Numbered from the stretch's first letter, positions 31,623 through 43,209 are shown. The stretch: DNA of 64,000 bases from Methanobacteriota archaeon (GCA_963719035.1 CAVRAO010000006.1:32001-96000); one strand, 5' to 3'. Numbers and translations are program-made. Notes: generated by a model not told the origin, from the letters alone.

Positions 31623-32123
31623 ATGGACGAACAATTGATCGAGTTGTTTGAAAAAGCAGAAACGTTGTCTGACATCTTTGAAGTCGTTAAAGCAACGGTC
31701 GAAAAGACGACAGGAAAGAGCAGAGGCGGCATCATGCTGGGCTTGGCGAACCTCGGCAACCAACCGAACGGCTTCTTCGGCGCTTTCTACCCGGTCGGCT
31801 CCAATATCATCGTCATGAACAACGTGCCCCTGCAGCGCATCAAGGAGACCGACCCCTCATTGTGGAAGCCCTACGTGTTTCACGTGCAACTCCACGAGTA
31901 CATGCATTCATTGGGCTACCTCAGCGAGAGCGCCGTGAGATCACGCGTACTCACAATCACCAAGAGCGTCTTTGGCGACGAGCACCCCGCGACGCTTCTC
32001 GCCGCAAATACCGAGCGCTTTATACCGCATCTTTCGTACCCGAACGTCTCGTGGCAACCGAAAGATCTCAAAATCAAGCTCGTAGAGGACTTTGATCGGT
32101 CAAGCGCCAGCTACTTTGCGTAG
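31623..32123 (+). CDS. Hypothetical zincin-like protein
   Basis: LHEYMHSLG (HExxH motif). Confidence 0.7.
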   Translation: MDEQLIELFEKAETLSDIFEVVKATVEKTTGKSRGGIMLGLANLGNQPNGFFGAFYPVGSNIIVMNNVPLQRIKETDPSLWKPYVFHVQLHEYMHSLGYLSESAVRSRVLTITKSVFGDEHPATLLAANTERFIPHLSYPNVSWQPKDLKIKLVEDFDRSSASYFA

Positions 32124-32178
32124 CTGCTTTCCCATCGGGCGTGTGCTTTTTTATCAAGAAGCTTACTTTTTTGAAGCG

Positions 32179-33585
32179 TTAACGTACCTTGCCGCGGGCA
32201 AGCGAGGCGAAGATGCCGACGAAGCAGAGCACGGCAAAGAGCGAAAAGGCGAGTTGATTGCTCTGCATGAAGAGTTCGGATGACTCAGGAGCAATTACCG
32301 CCTGCCCGATGATGAGCGCAAAAATGAGCTGGACTATCGCCAAGCTCAACACTTGCCCGATTGTCCGCATAGTCCCGATCGTTCCCGACGCAAGCCCATA
32401 GAAGCGTCTTTCCACGGAGCTCATAACGGCATTCGTGTTAGGCGACGAGAATAACCCAAAGCCAAAGCCTAAGATCATCAGGCTCGCCACGACGAATGGG
32501 ATAGGCGTTTCCGGCGTCAAAAAAATGAAGGGAATAAGCCCAACGGTCGTCATGCCCATGCCAATGGAGGCAACTATCTGCGGTTCGATCCTGTCAGAGA
32601 GCCTTCCAGCGAGCGGCGACACGGCTGCCTGCACGATGGGCTGTGCGACCAGGATCGTGCCAGCAATCTGCGGACTGAATCCCCGCACACTCTGCAGGTA
32701 GATGCTCAGCAGCAGGGTGACGGCAAAGGTGGCGCTGTAGTTGATGAGCGCCGCGACGTTAGAAAAGGCGAACGCCCGGTTTCTCACAAAAAGGCCGACG
32801 TTAAAGACGGGAAAACGTGTCCGCAGCTCCCAGAAGACAAACGACACCGCGGCGGCGACCCCGAGGATGATAAGAATGAGGCCGCTGAGCGCCGGAATCT
32901 GTGTCATACCGAACACGAGCGAGAAGAGGGCGATCCCGTATATCGCCGAGCCGATGAGGTCGAACGGCTCGCCCTTTGCCTCAGCCCAATCCACTGTTAG
33001 CTTTCGAGCGCTCACGAAAGCAATGAAAATCCCGAGGGGGACGTTCACGTAGAAAATGCTGCGCCATCCGACGTATTGCGTCAGGAGGCCGCCGAGAAAT
33101 GGGCCGACCGAAAGACCGAGATAGACGGCCGCGACGCCAATGCCAAGGACTTTTCCCCGCTCACGGGGCGGATACGCCGACGTGAGGATGGCAAAACCCG
33201 TTACCGTTATCAAGGATGCCGAAAAGCCCTGGAGCGTACGAAAAGCGACGATCGACGTGCTGGAAAATGAGAGCGAAATGAGGAACGAGGAAAACGCAAA
33301 GAGTATCGCCCCGTATGTAAAGATGCGCTTCCTGCCGTAGATATCCGCGACCCGGCCAAACGGCACGAGAAATATCGCGAGCGTGAGGAGGTACACCGTC
33401 GCCACCCATGCAAGCGTGGAAGCGTCCATCGCAAACTCCGTTCCAATCGAGGGGAGCGCGAGATTTACAGCAGAGATGTCAAAGGGCGTCAAGAAAGCAG
33501 CAAGAGAGACAACGATCAGTATAAGCTTTCTGTCCGCGACCGCGACCGTTTGAGCATCTGTGTCAGGGGGCGCCAAGCCGTTCAC
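32179..33585 (-). CDS. MFS transporter (DHA2-like)
   Basis: GRVADIYGRK and GRLSDRI motifs; about 14 TM segments. Confidence 0.94.
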   Translation of the reverse strand: MNGLAPPDTDAQTVAVADRKLILIVVSLAAFLTPFDISAVNLALPSIGTEFAMDASTLAWVATVYLLTLAIFLVPFGRVADIYGRKRIFTYGAILFAFSSFLISLSFSSTSIVAFRTLQGFSASLITVTGFAILTSAYPPRERGKVLGIGVAAVYLGLSVGPFLGGLLTQYVGWRSIFYVNVPLGIFIAFVSARKLTVDWAEAKGEPFDLIGSAIYGIALFSLVFGMTQIPALSGLILIILGVAAAVSFVFWELRTRFPVFNVGLFVRNRAFAFSNVAALINYSATFAVTLLLSIYLQSVRGFSPQIAGTILVAQPIVQAAVSPLAGRLSDRIEPQIVASIGMGMTTVGLIPFIFLTPETPIPFVVASLMILGFGFGLFSSPNTNAVMSSVERRFYGLASGTIGTMRTIGQVLSLAIVQLIFALIIGQAVIAPESSELFMQSNQLAFSLFAVLCFVGIFASLARGKVR

Positions 33586-33895
33586 CTTTCCTCGTCACGA
33601 GACGACACGGTCAAGCGTTCCCTGTTCAAACGCAACAAAAAGCGTAGGCCGTGCACGTACGTCTGGTATGACCTCAAGTCCGATTGAGTAACGTAGCTCC
33701 TCACTTTTACCTTTTTGGAGTGCCGAGGACCAGCACAATGCGTAGTTTACAGCGATATTACAAAGCCGCCGCAACAACAACGTTAAACTGGCGATTCGAG
33801 TAAAAAAACTCGAGCTAAAAAAAGGGGATGGGAAAGGCAAAGCTTACGAATTGTCCGATTATTCGCTACAGCCGCTCGTCTGACCGCCTCCGCCG

Positions 33896-34126
33896 TCATA
33901 TTACGACGAAGTCAAAATCAGCGATCTTTTCGTGCACGTCAGCCAGCGCTTCGCAAAGGTCGTACCGCTGTCTTCGCAAAGTCCTGCTCGCTAGCAGGTG
34001 CCAGCCCCGCTTTGCGTGCAGCTCTCGTTGCACCGTTTCAAGCTCTTCGAGCAAACCATCGTATTCGGCGTACAGCGTTACGAGCAACGCTGTCGGCGTT
34101 ACCATCGTCCTTACGTCTGTAACCAT
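33896..34126 (-). CDS. Small helical hypothetical protein
   Basis: GAGG upstream of the ATG; helical composition. Confidence 0.45.
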   Translation of the reverse strand: MVTDVRTMVTPTALLVTLYAEYDGLLEELETVQRELHAKRGWHLLASRTLRRQRYDLCEALADVHEKIADFDFVVI

Positions 34127-34293
34127 GTTATCGCCTCGAGCTGTGATTCTCACGAGCTTATTTGTACGACTCTTAAGTTCTTCGACAGCCTTAAACCTGT
34201 GTTACGGTCTTTTGTCGCAATTTCTCAAACTGCTTCGCGCTAATCGTTTTACTTGAAAATACTGAACAGATTAAAAGAGAAGTAAAAAAGAGG

Positions 34294-34325
34294 AAAGAAT
34301 CCGGGTTATCCCCGGACTCTTTTTG
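34294..34325. terminator. Hairpin flanked by A and T tracts
   Basis: AAGAATCCGGG-ttatc-CCCGGACTCTT followed by TTT, downstream of the YyaL-like gene. Confidence 0.5.
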
Positions 34326-34408
34326 TTCAATTTTCTATTTTTTTGTCGAGCGCGGCAGAGCAACTCACTTACAATAAGGTGAAAGCTCGGATTATGGTCA
34401 GCCTGTTA

Positions 34409-36559
34409 TTATCGCGCTTCGCTGCTGCGCTTCTTTCGCACCTGTAAAGCGCGCAGCATTTCGCTTATATCAGTTGTCGGCGTCAAGCAGCTCGACTGCT
34501 GACAGACATATGCGGTGGGCTTTTCATCGATGCATTTCTGGTTCTGCGTAAACGGCGCAATGACGTCGATATCTGCGTTTAGTACATCCGCCTGCCGGAA
34601 TATGACGACGTTACTCGGCAAGTATGCCGTGCTCAGCGCTTTAAGCATCTCGCGAGTATCCGCAGAGAATACGTCACCACAGACAACGGTTTGATATGAT
34701 GGACCGAGCGCGAGGTCGACACCACTTAACAGCTGCGTATACGCCTCTGGTGTACGGTCAACGTCTCTTGCAAACGCCTTGCTAAGACGCGAAGCCGCAG
34801 TGAGATACGCCGCCCTCCCGGTAAGTAACCCCAAAAAAGTGAGGTTTAACATCATAACCGAATTGCCCGACGGAATTGCTCCATCGTACGCCCCTTTCCT
34901 GCGAAAAATAAGCGGCTCAGCGTAATCCGCTGTCCCGTAAAAACCCCCTCCCGCGTCATCGCGAAAGTGCCGCAGCGTGTGGTCCAGGAGTTCGAGCGCG
35001 AGCGACAGATACCGAGTCTCGAACGTCGTCTCGTAGAGTTCTGACAGACCCCATATAAGAAACGCATAATCGTCCAAAGAGGCGAAGACTGCTGCTTCAT
35101 TCTCGCGGTAGCGGTGAAGCAACCTCCCCGTGCGATCGAACATACGAGCGAGCACAAAGTCTGCAGCGCGCGCTGCCGCTGCCGCATACGCCGGCTCATC
35201 AAGGGCGCGTGCGCCTTTGGCGAGTGACGCGATCATGAGTCCATTCCAGTCCGTAAGAATCTTGTCGTCCCTTTGCGGGCGAACCCGCTTCTCCCGCTCC
35301 TTGCGAAGCGTCTCACATATGGCGCCCACGCGGTTTCTGAGTGCCTCTTCTGGCATTTTCAGTTCGGATGCGAGCACGGTCAGCGACATGCGCATATGCA
35401 GTATATTTTTGCCAATTCGCTTCCCCGTGCTTCCATCGCGAAAATTGCCGTCGGCATTAGTGTTGAACACTCGGCGAGCAAGCTCAGCATCCTCCTTTGC
35501 GAGTGCGCGTTCAATCTCGTCCTCACTCCAAAGGTAGAACTTGCCCTCCTCACCCTCGCTGTCGGCGTCTATTGCCGTATAGAACGCACCTTCAGACGAG
35601 GTCATCTCCCGAGCGACAAACGAAAAGACTTCGCGTGCGACGCGTGCGTACACGTCCTTCCCCGTAGCCTGATACGCCTCGACGTACGCGAGTCCGAGGA
35701 GTGCCTGGTCATACAGCATCTTCTCGAAATGGGGCACCAGCCACTCGGCGTCGGTAGAATAGCGGTGAAAGCCAAAACCTATGTGGTCATAAATACCGCC
35801 CAGCCGCATCGCTCGAAGCGTTCGTTCGACCATCTTCAGCGCTCTGCCATTGCCAGTACGGTTCCAGTACCGCAGGAGAAACGTCAGGTTGTGCGGCGTC
35901 GGAAACTTCGGCGCAGTCCGGAACCCGCCGTGCCGTTCGTCAAAGACGCTTGCGAGGTCTTCATACGCAATCTGAATCGCAGACACGGGAATTTCCGCCT
36001 TCGATGGTTCGAGCGACGACTCGCCGATTCTCGATATGATCTCGCCAGCAGATTTTTCGATTTCCGTCCTTTTCGTTAACCACGCATCCTTGATTCGCGG
36101 AATGAGTTCCCTCAATCCCGTTCGTCCAAACCGCGTCTCTTTTGGGATATACGTCGTCGCGAAGAACGGCTTCCCTTCTGGCGTCATGATTATAGTCAGA
36201 GGCCATCCGCCACCGCCGGTCATCGTCTGGCAGACGGTCATGTAAACGTCGTCTATATCAGGGCGCTCCTCCTTGTCGACCTTGACGTTGACAAACGCGT
36301 CGTTCATCAGCGCGGCGATCTCCGGGTCCTCGAACGACTCGTGGGCCATCACGTGGCACCAGTGGCACGTCGAATACCCTATCGAGAGAAAGATCGGTTT
36401 GTTCTCTTGTCGAGCGGTGTCGAACGCCTCACGCCCCCACGGATGCCAGTCGACCGGGTTGTACGCGTGTTGGAGCAGATAGGGACTTCTCTCGTGCGCG
36501 AGCCGGTTGCCTTGTGCGCCGTCTGCCCCGCGTTTGTGCTGCATAACGTTGTGCTTCAT
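34409..36559 (-). CDS. YyaL/SSP411-family thioredoxin-domain protein (DUF255)
   Basis: [27 protein letters not shown] and PHFEKMLYD. Confidence 0.95.
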   Translation of the reverse strand: MKHNVMQHKRGADGAQGNRLAHERSPYLLQHAYNPVDWHPWGREAFDTARQENKPIFLSIGYSTCHWCHVMAHESFEDPEIAALMNDAFVNVKVDKEERPDIDDVYMTVCQTMTGGGGWPLTIIMTPEGKPFFATTYIPKETRFGRTGLRELIPRIKDAWLTKRTEIEKSAGEIISRIGESSLEPSKAEIPVSAIQIAYEDLASVFDERHGGFRTAPKFPTPHNLTFLLRYWNRTGNGRALKMVERTLRAMRLGGIYDHIGFGFHRYSTDAEWLVPHFEKMLYDQALLGLAYVEAYQATGKDVYARVAREVFSFVAREMTSSEGAFYTAIDADSEGEEGKFYLWSEDEIERALAKEDAELARRVFNTNADGNFRDGSTGKRIGKNILHMRMSLTVLASELKMPEEALRNRVGAICETLRKEREKRVRPQRDDKILTDWNGLMIASLAKGARALDEPAYAAAAARAADFVLARMFDRTGRLLHRYRENEAAVFASLDDYAFLIWGLSELYETTFETRYLSLALELLDHTLRHFRDDAGGGFYGTADYAEPLIFRRKGAYDGAIPSGNSVMMLNLTFLGLLTGRAAYLTAASRLSKAFARDVDRTPEAYTQLLSGVDLALGPSYQTVVCGDVFSADTREMLKALSTAYLPSNVVIFRQADVLNADIDVIAPFTQNQKCIDEKPTAYVCQQSSCLTPTTDISEMLRALQVRKKRSSEAR

Positions 36560-36698
36560 GCCTGCGATCTAACTAAGTAGCTTGCGCCTGCGCCTACTGC
36601 GTTCCGGCAATCGAAACGGCCTTACCGGAGAGCGCCCGCGCACAGCCGTGCCTAAGAAGTCGCAAAACCTTTTACTCAGAACGTTACAAGGGCGTACT

Positions 36699-37727
36699 AT
36701 GAGACGCATACTTATCATCTTCTTCGCGGTTCTTGCCGTCTGCGCGCTTTTTACCCCTATCGTCTCTGCGCACTCGCCCGCGTTCCCGGGCAACAACACG
36801 AGCCTCGACTCGGCCTACGTGGTCAACGATCCCACGAAGTCGTGGGCGCTGTACACGACGCTCCAGCCGGGACAGGTCCAGTACTATCGGTTCGATATCA
36901 CCCAGGGAGAGCGCATATTCGTGCAGCTGTACAAGAACACCGAAGCGTCAAACCTCGGTTTCGTGCCAAGCTTCGTGCTTATGGGCCCGGGATTGACGAG
37001 CAACGGAACCGTTCCCGCAAACGTCGCGGTCCCACCGGGGGCATCGAGCATCGTGATGCAGGGACAGCAGCCCGATAAGGCCACGTACGAGGGCTTTGGC
37101 CCTGGGAGCTTCTACGACCTCGGGAGCGTGGAGGTCAAGGCCCCCGCGACCGGAACCTTCTACGTTGCTGTGTACGATGCTGCCAACGGTGGTGCCTATG
37201 GCTTGGCCATTGGCGAACGGGAGACGTACACGCCGACCGAGTACGTGCTCATTCCGTACAGCGTGTTCCAAGTTCACCTGTGGGAGGGTCAGAACCCGCT
37301 CATCATGCTTGCCCCGATGATTCTGGTGGTGGCTGTCGGGCTCGGAATCCTCGTGATGAGGAGCGGCGGGCACGCCTCGCTGCGATCGCCCTTCACGTTG
37401 CTCGGCACGCTTGCGGGCCTCATCTTCATCGGAACGGGAGCGTATTCCCTCGCACAGATGCTCCTTGCCATCTCGCGTTCTTCTCTTGAATCGGAAGCGG
37501 TCATCACGCTCATATTCGTGCTCGTGCCCGTCATCCTCGGTATCCTCGCACTGCGTGTGGCCTTGCGACGGCGAGAGCAGACAGGCATCGGGCCGCGGGT
37601 TGCCATCGCCCTCTTGGGGCTCATCGCGATCTTCGCGTGGACCGGAATCTACGTCGGACCGGCACTCGCACTGCTTGCAAGTATCATGCCGGCATACAGC
37701 GGTGTACCCCCTCAAAAGCCCTCATAA
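36699..37727 (+). CDS. Exported beta-sandwich (PPC-like) domain plus about 4 TM helices
   Basis: Signal peptide ending VSA-H, YYRFDITQGE, TGTFYVAV and a hydrophobic C-terminus. Confidence 0.7.
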   Translation: MRRILIIFFAVLAVCALFTPIVSAHSPAFPGNNTSLDSAYVVNDPTKSWALYTTLQPGQVQYYRFDITQGERIFVQLYKNTEASNLGFVPSFVLMGPGLTSNGTVPANVAVPPGASSIVMQGQQPDKATYEGFGPGSFYDLGSVEVKAPATGTFYVAVYDAANGGAYGLAIGERETYTPTEYVLIPYSVFQVHLWEGQNPLIMLAPMILVVAVGLGILVMRSGGHASLRSPFTLLGTLAGLIFIGTGAYSLAQMLLAISRSSLESEAVITLIFVLVPVILGILALRVALRRREQTGIGPRVAIALLGLIAIFAWTGIYVGPALALLASIMPAYSGVPPQKPS

Positions 37728-37729
37728 AG

Positions 37730-38254
37730 ATGGAAGCAGCAAAGATTCGAGAAATCGTCGTTCTGCACGGAAAGTGGCGATCGGGTCAACCTGAAGGAAA
37801 AAAGGCCGATTTGCGTGGCGCCGATCTGCGGGAGGCGGAATTGCGCTGGGTTGACCTGACCGACGCTGATCTAGGCGGCGCCGACCTTACAGCCGCCGAT
37901 TTAAGCTTTAGCATCTTGAGCGGCGCGAACCTGAACGACGCTCTTATGGACAAAGCGACGCTGTACGCCGCGAACCTGAGCCGTGCGAACCTTTCGCGCG
38001 TCAAGCTCACCTACGCCACAGTCGAAAGGGCACAGTTGAACGGCGCAAATCTCTCCGACGCTGACATCCACAGCTCGAATCTTAAGGGAACGCTGCTTGT
38101 TGACGCGAAGTTGCAACACGCTGATTTGAGCTTCACGCTCCTCAATGGAGCAGATCTGACGAATGCAGATCTGAGAGGAGCGAACTTACAAAACACCGAT
38201 TTGACCTATGCCGTACTGCGAGGAGCGCTGCTCGATGGCGCTCAGCTCGAATAA
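37730..38254 (+). CDS. Pentapeptide repeat protein
   Basis: Tandem A(D/N)Lxx repeats. Confidence 0.93.
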   Translation: MEAAKIREIVVLHGKWRSGQPEGKKADLRGADLREAELRWVDLTDADLGGADLTAADLSFSILSGANLNDALMDKATLYAANLSRANLSRVKLTYATVERAQLNGANLSDADIHSSNLKGTLLVDAKLQHADLSFTLLNGADLTNADLRGANLQNTDLTYAVLRGALLDGAQLE

Positions 38255-38454
38255 GCCGGACGTACGCGTGTTACCGACACAGCCAACGCTAAAAGAGACG
38301 TCAAACTGCGTCGCGCGCTGGACAAATCGTCAACTTTAAATGCGGGACTGACACGACAATCCAGGAGGACAAACATGTCCTCCTAAGGCCATGTTTCGCC
38401 TATCAAAAGTTTGGACTTGAATATTCGCGTGCGTTTAAGGGAGCGTGAAAAAGC

Positions 38455-39507
38455 ATGTCGACGGATATCGGAGAGGTGCTAGCGGGCGAGCGCCTACCCT
38501 CGTTGGTCCGCCTGCTTGTCATGGGGGCGAGTGCAATTATCATCCTCGCCGGTATAAAAGCTGCTGCTGGTATAGTCGCCCCAACGCTCTTCGCCATCTT
38601 TCTCGCTATCCTCTTAAGCCCGGTGCTCCACAATCTCGAACGAAGAGGGCTTTCTACAAACCGTGCTTTAGCGGTCCTCGCAATTGGCGCGACCGCTGTA
38701 GGAACAGGCATCATTGCTGTAATCTACTTCTCGATAAGCCGCGTCTTCAACCCGGCCTCTGCGACAAGCAACGCAAACATTGCGACGACGCAACCATTAC
38801 TTGCAGGCCTCGGGTTTAACGAAACTGTGCTGCAAGCTGCAACGATATTAAACGATAAGTTCGCGCTTCAGGCCGCGACAGCTATCCTACAAGCGGTCGG
38901 CGGTATCATCGTCCAGCTGATTTTAGTGGTAACGCTATTTGTCTTCTTTTTGCTCGCATTGCCACGGATCCGCACGAGCGAGATCACAGAGTATGTAGAG
39001 ACGCACCCGATCTCAGGACCCCTGCTCGCTATTCGAAAGGACGTATTCGATTTTGTGGTCATTCGCACTAAGGTTAATTTTGTCACCGCTATTCCTGCTA
39101 CAGTGATCCTTTTCATAATGGGCATAGACTTCGCGGTCCTGTGGGGTGTTTTGTTATTCTTTTTCAGCTTTATTCCGTACATTGGCTTTGCCTTGGCGAC
39201 GATTCCACCCGCAATATTGGGCTGGCTCGAATATGGGCCAATTGGAGCGATTGCCGTTGTGGCGGTGTTTCTCGTGATCAACTTTGTCGCTGAGTACGTG
39301 CTCTTTCCCCGATACACTGGCAAAAGGCTCAACATTCCTCCGTACGTCGTTCTGCTCTCTGTGGTCTTCTGGGGCTGGCTCCTCGGTGCGCTCGGGACGC
39401 TCATCGCAGTGCCCATCACTTTGTTGATGCGGGTCTTACTCAGCAACTTCACAGAGGCGCACTGGCTCGTCAACCTTCTTGGCAGCGAGGATGGAAGCAG
39501 TCGTTGA
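38455..39507 (+). CDS. AI-2E family transporter
   Basis: FIPYIG, FWGWLLG and AVP motifs; multiple TM helices. Confidence 0.9.
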   Translation: MSTDIGEVLAGERLPSLVRLLVMGASAIIILAGIKAAAGIVAPTLFAIFLAILLSPVLHNLERRGLSTNRALAVLAIGATAVGTGIIAVIYFSISRVFNPASATSNANIATTQPLLAGLGFNETVLQAATILNDKFALQAATAILQAVGGIIVQLILVVTLFVFFLLALPRIRTSEITEYVETHPISGPLLAIRKDVFDFVVIRTKVNFVTAIPATVILFIMGIDFAVLWGVLLFFFSFIPYIGFALATIPPAILGWLEYGPIGAIAVVAVFLVINFVAEYVLFPRYTGKRLNIPPYVVLLSVVFWGWLLGALGTLIAVPITLLMRVLLSNFTEAHWLVNLLGSEDGSSR

Positions 39508-39672
39508 GGGACGAAAAATACCCGTTAGCCTCAGTCCACGGGCCCGCCCTTTCAGTAAAAATCGACTGACGTACGAACGAAAAAACAAATCATTCGATTG
39601 AGTTCGCTTTGACGAACTGAAATGACGGGACGGCACGCCCCACAATGACGCTCGCTCCTGCTAGTGAGAGAG

Positions 39673-39894
39673 TTAACGCCTAAGGTCGAGCAACGTGCTT
39701 GCACCATACACGACCCCGGCTGCGATTACAAAAACGCCGATGTAGGCAACAAGTGCTTGGCCTGGCGTATTTGCGTTTAACGTGTTATTAGCCACGTAAA
39801 TGAGGAGCGCGCCAACTATCACAGCTGTTGCAGCTCCAAGAAGCCCGGCACGGCCTTCTCGCACGCGATCGCGCCAACCTGTTGCTCTCTCCAT
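39673..39894 (-). CDS. Small 2-TM membrane protein
   Basis: AGGAG upstream; two hydrophobic segments. Confidence 0.55.
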   Translation of the reverse strand: MERATGWRDRVREGRAGLLGAATAVIVGALLIYVANNTLNANTPGQALVAYIGVFVIAAGVVYGASTLLDLRR

Positions 39895-40112
39895 GTTGTG
39901 TCGTTCTCCTAAGATGTTAGCTCTTTTCACAAAAAATGTGCGTATTAAACCAAACTTGTGGACCACGCGTTTCACTGTTAGCAGCAACAGAATAACCTGA
40001 AAATGAGCTGTGCGTTTCTGGAATGCTCTCAGTTTGCGTTCAAGACGCACATTCAATCACAGAAAAGCACGTTCACGTTTTTGCCACACAAGGCCGTCCA
40101 ACAAGACTCGTT

Positions 40113-40313
40113 TTAGCAACATCCAGTCGAAGCGTCAAGTGGCGTTTTGTTTGTTTTACAACAAGGACAAAATTTCATCATCGCCTTCCTGAACCGAGGG
40201 ACACACAACACAACGTGCACTGCTATGGTAATGGCCAATAGGATAACGTGTACCAACGCGATGATGAGACCTAACATCAACAGAAGCTTTGACATTCGTA
40301 ATTTACCGAACAT
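40113..40313 (-). CDS. Small membrane protein with a Cys-rich tail
   Basis: GAGGTGA upstream; long TM segment, then CPCC...GCC. Confidence 0.55.
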   Translation of the reverse strand: MFGKLRMSKLLLMLGLIIALVHVILLAITIAVHVVLCVPRFRKAMMKFCPCCKTNKTPLDASTGCC

Positions 40314-40485
40314 TTTTCACCTCGCGCGTGTCAATCGTTTACTTTAAGAAGGTACGCCTAAAGATAAACGTTTGCCCGGCTGCGTTTCGGCTTTAACTCG
40401 CTTTTTCTCTGTTTTTACGTTTAAAGTCTGCGCTTAATATCAAGCTAAATCTGAAAAGTGCGAGGGAAGGCAAAAATCAGCCCCC

Positions 40486-41430
40486 TTACTTCTTCCCCTC
40501 AAGAGAATCTTTCAAGTCTCGCACATCTGCTTGCATTATTTTAAGCTCGACAAGGTCAGCTTTAATTTCTTCCGTGCTTTCCTCCAGTGCGGAAAGCTTT
40601 TCTAAGCGCCCCTCAATCGCGTTTAGTTGAGCGATGACGTTTCCGATCGTCTCTCTGCTTCCTTTGGTAATTTCTGCCCGTTCTGCTCTAAACTTCTCGA
40701 GAAGGGCTGTCGTCGTCGTGGCAGTCACCAAGCTCATAAAGAGGATTGCCGTGAGCATCGTTATGACCCCGATAATCCTCCCAAACCCGGTGTAAGGCAC
40801 AATGTCCCCATAGCCGACACTTGTTACTGTAACGATGACATACCAGAGTGCATCGTCAATGGAGCCGACATTGGGATTCACGCCCGATTCAATTGAAAAG
40901 AAGATAGTTGCGCCAACGATGATTACCAAGAGATAGATGGCTAAGCCATAGATGAGCCTGGTTTTTTCAGCAAATGCCAGTACTTCTTTTTCGATTCGTC
41001 GTGAGAACCGAAGAAGGGCGAAGATTCGCCCAAGTCGTAAAATCTTGAAGACTATAGTAAGCGGCAGGGCGACGCCGAACGAAACAAGGGCAAAATAATC
41101 AAAAGGAATGATGGCGAAAATATCGGTCCACTGGTACGCGACGTAGCTCCATTTATTGTCCTGCTCGTTCACCCTCAGCAGGTATTCGACCAATAAGAAG
41201 AGGCACACGACCGCATCAAACGTCGCGATTTCCTGCACAGCACCTGGCTTTAAGGGAAAGGCTACCGTAAGGAACAAGAAAAAGGCATCAAAAATAATCA
41301 AGATAAAACACAGGACATCATAGAGATACCTGATCCTTGAGCGCAGGCGAAAAACCTCGTTGAGACGTCGGATTTGTGCTATTATATTAAAATACTCGAT
41401 TATATCCGGGACTTTCTCGATCGGTTTCAT
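40486..41430 (-). CDS. 6-TM potassium channel with a coiled-coil tail
   Basis: S4-like KILRLGRIFALLR and the TSVGYGD selectivity filter. Confidence 0.92.
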   Translation of the reverse strand: MKPIEKVPDIIEYFNIIAQIRRLNEVFRLRSRIRYLYDVLCFILIIFDAFFLFLTVAFPLKPGAVQEIATFDAVVCLFLLVEYLLRVNEQDNKWSYVAYQWTDIFAIIPFDYFALVSFGVALPLTIVFKILRLGRIFALLRFSRRIEKEVLAFAEKTRLIYGLAIYLLVIIVGATIFFSIESGVNPNVGSIDDALWYVIVTVTSVGYGDIVPYTGFGRIIGVITMLTAILFMSLVTATTTTALLEKFRAERAEITKGSRETIGNVIAQLNAIEGRLEKLSALEESTEEIKADLVELKIMQADVRDLKDSLEGKK

Positions 41431-41642
41431 ATCGCTGGAAAGCTTGCTCGAATCGGTCAGTCACCCAAGCGCACCACAAGCCTAGATAAGATAAGACGAG
41501 ATAAGATAAAAGTTGCGCAATGACGCTTCGTTGTCCGTTTCGGATCTTGAACAAGATACACGCGGTTGATGAACGATACTCTCAAGCACGCGAAGAAGCA
41601 AGGCCAGCTGATCCCCACCGAATGTGCGACAAATAACACAAA

Positions 41643-41873
41643 TCACTCGATGTTCTCGACGTATTCAACTCCATTGAGCGTCAGCGATGCATATAGCGTC
41701 CCCTCATACGAAGCGATGAGCCCTTTTGCCTCCAAGTACTCGACGATCGTTTCGAGTGTCTCCCGGTCAAACCCATACTTCTCGCCGAGGTCGTACGAAT
41801 CGATAAGCGTCCCGAACCGACCATCTGCTATGGCGTACATTTCTCGTAAGAACTGTTCCTTGTTCTGCTTCAT
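41643..41873 (-). CDS. Small winged-helix-like protein
   Basis: IVEYLEAKGLI...LTLNGVEYVE; GGTGA upstream. Confidence 0.65.
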   Translation of the reverse strand: MKQNKEQFLREMYAIADGRFGTLIDSYDLGEKYGFDRETLETIVEYLEAKGLIASYEGTLYASLTLNGVEYVENIE

Positions 41874-42098
41874 CTCACCGGAAAAACTCATCACTACAAT
41901 ATTACAAACGGTAGGTAGAACCGCTGCGAAAGCGGGGCGAAAATGAACGATCTTGAGCGCCACTCATACACCCTCGCTCACGCACGCATCAACGATTTCC
42001 CGAGACGCGTGATGAAAAAGCTTGATTGAGCAGAAATTCGCGTGAGATACCCCCACCTGCGTATGTTTTTATGTGATAGCAACGAAACTGTAGCCGAC

Positions 42099-42371
42099 AT
42101 GACCGAGAGTTGGTCCACTGAGGATGCAGATAATGCAGTGCTCGCCATCAGCATCATCCTCAAGCGCGTCGGCGCCCTCCCTCACGTACTTTTGAACGCC
42201 TATACGCACGAGATCAAAATCGGAGAGCCCGTGGTGACCCGACGCTTCTACGAGCAACTGGCAGTCAACTGTCCACACGCGCTTGACCTTTTTACTATAA
42301 GCATAGCTGAGGCGCTCGAAACTGAGATAGACCGCCCCAAAGCCGCTCTGCGAAAGATACCTATTGACTAA
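42099..42371 (+). CDS. Hypothetical protein
   Basis: Open frame with protein-like composition in an otherwise empty gap. Confidence 0.45.
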   Translation: MTESWSTEDADNAVLAISIILKRVGALPHVLLNAYTHEIKIGEPVVTRRFYEQLAVNCPHALDLFTISIAEALETEIDRPKAALRKIPID

Positions 42372-42419
42372 CGTCGACTAACGTCGGCACAATGTCACGG
42401 AAAGCCGACCGTGCGCTTT

Positions 42420-43148
42420 TTATACAGCGGAAGCGGGTTTCAGGAATTCAAAGTGCTGAATTCCCTCGATGATTCCCCCGGCGTAGTGTTCGCGTGCCCA
42501 GTAGACGTCCTCTGGTAGACTGTCAGTGTTGAGCTCCGATTTGTGGTTGCCGACGACGACGGCTAAAAACCCGGCAGAGAGTAGCCCGATGTCGTTTCCG
42601 CTATCACCAGCAGCGAGGACGTGCTTTCGACGAATCCTAAGCCTCTTTCTGATGTAATCAACCGCTTCCCCCTTTCCTGCTCTTTTCGGAATGATGTCGA
42701 GGTCTGTCCCGCTCGAATAGATAATCTGGTGTTCGATGCCTATCTCCTCAAGTCGCTTGTGGATCTCAGCTATGACGATATCAGCTTTTTGAAAAAGATG
42801 ATAGCTCTGCTTAAACTCAAACTGGCGCGACTGTTGGAACAGATACGGGATCGTGATAAGTGCCTCCTGGACCTCGAGCCGATCCCAACCATGATCGATA
42901 TGTCGGGTCCAGGCGTCATCCCTGCGGTAATCAGGGCCCACATAGATCTCTGTTCCGACATTACAGAGCGTGTATTGCGGCTCGCTTAGACACTCAGCAG
43001 TCATGATCTCAAAGGTTTGTATCTTATCACGTCCCGTGACGTAGACGATGGTCACATTACGATTTGCCGAAAGCAGAAGAGCCAACCTTTGATATGCGGC
43101 ACGATCGCCAGTGAGGGTGTTGTCAATGTCAGGAGCGAGTAGCTTCAT
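42420..43148 (-). CDS. HAD-IIB sucrose-phosphatase-like hydrolase
   Basis: DIDNT, TGR, KG.A and GDSGND. Confidence 0.9.
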   Translation of the reverse strand: MKLLAPDIDNTLTGDRAAYQRLALLLSANRNVTIVYVTGRDKIQTFEIMTAECLSEPQYTLCNVGTEIYVGPDYRRDDAWTRHIDHGWDRLEVQEALITIPYLFQQSRQFEFKQSYHLFQKADIVIAEIHKRLEEIGIEHQIIYSSGTDLDIIPKRAGKGEAVDYIRKRLRIRRKHVLAAGDSGNDIGLLSAGFLAVVVGNHKSELNTDSLPEDVYWAREHYAGGIIEGIQHFEFLKPASAV

Positions 43149-43209
43149 CCGCTCTCCTCATTGTGCCGCGTAATATAAAGTATCTATGACCGCCTGCTGC
43201 GGTTTAACG

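Noticed and set aside
34288-34302. GAGGAAAG resembling the RNase P RNA 5' motif
   Set aside because: The rest of the RNase P consensus is missing and the context is a terminator-like hairpin.
37800-38250. Repetitive DNA
   Set aside because: Explained by pentapeptide-repeat coding sequence.
42366-42386. 10-bp tandem repeat GACTAACGTC x2
   Set aside because: Only two units with no spacer or element between them, so it is neither a CRISPR nor a target-site duplication.
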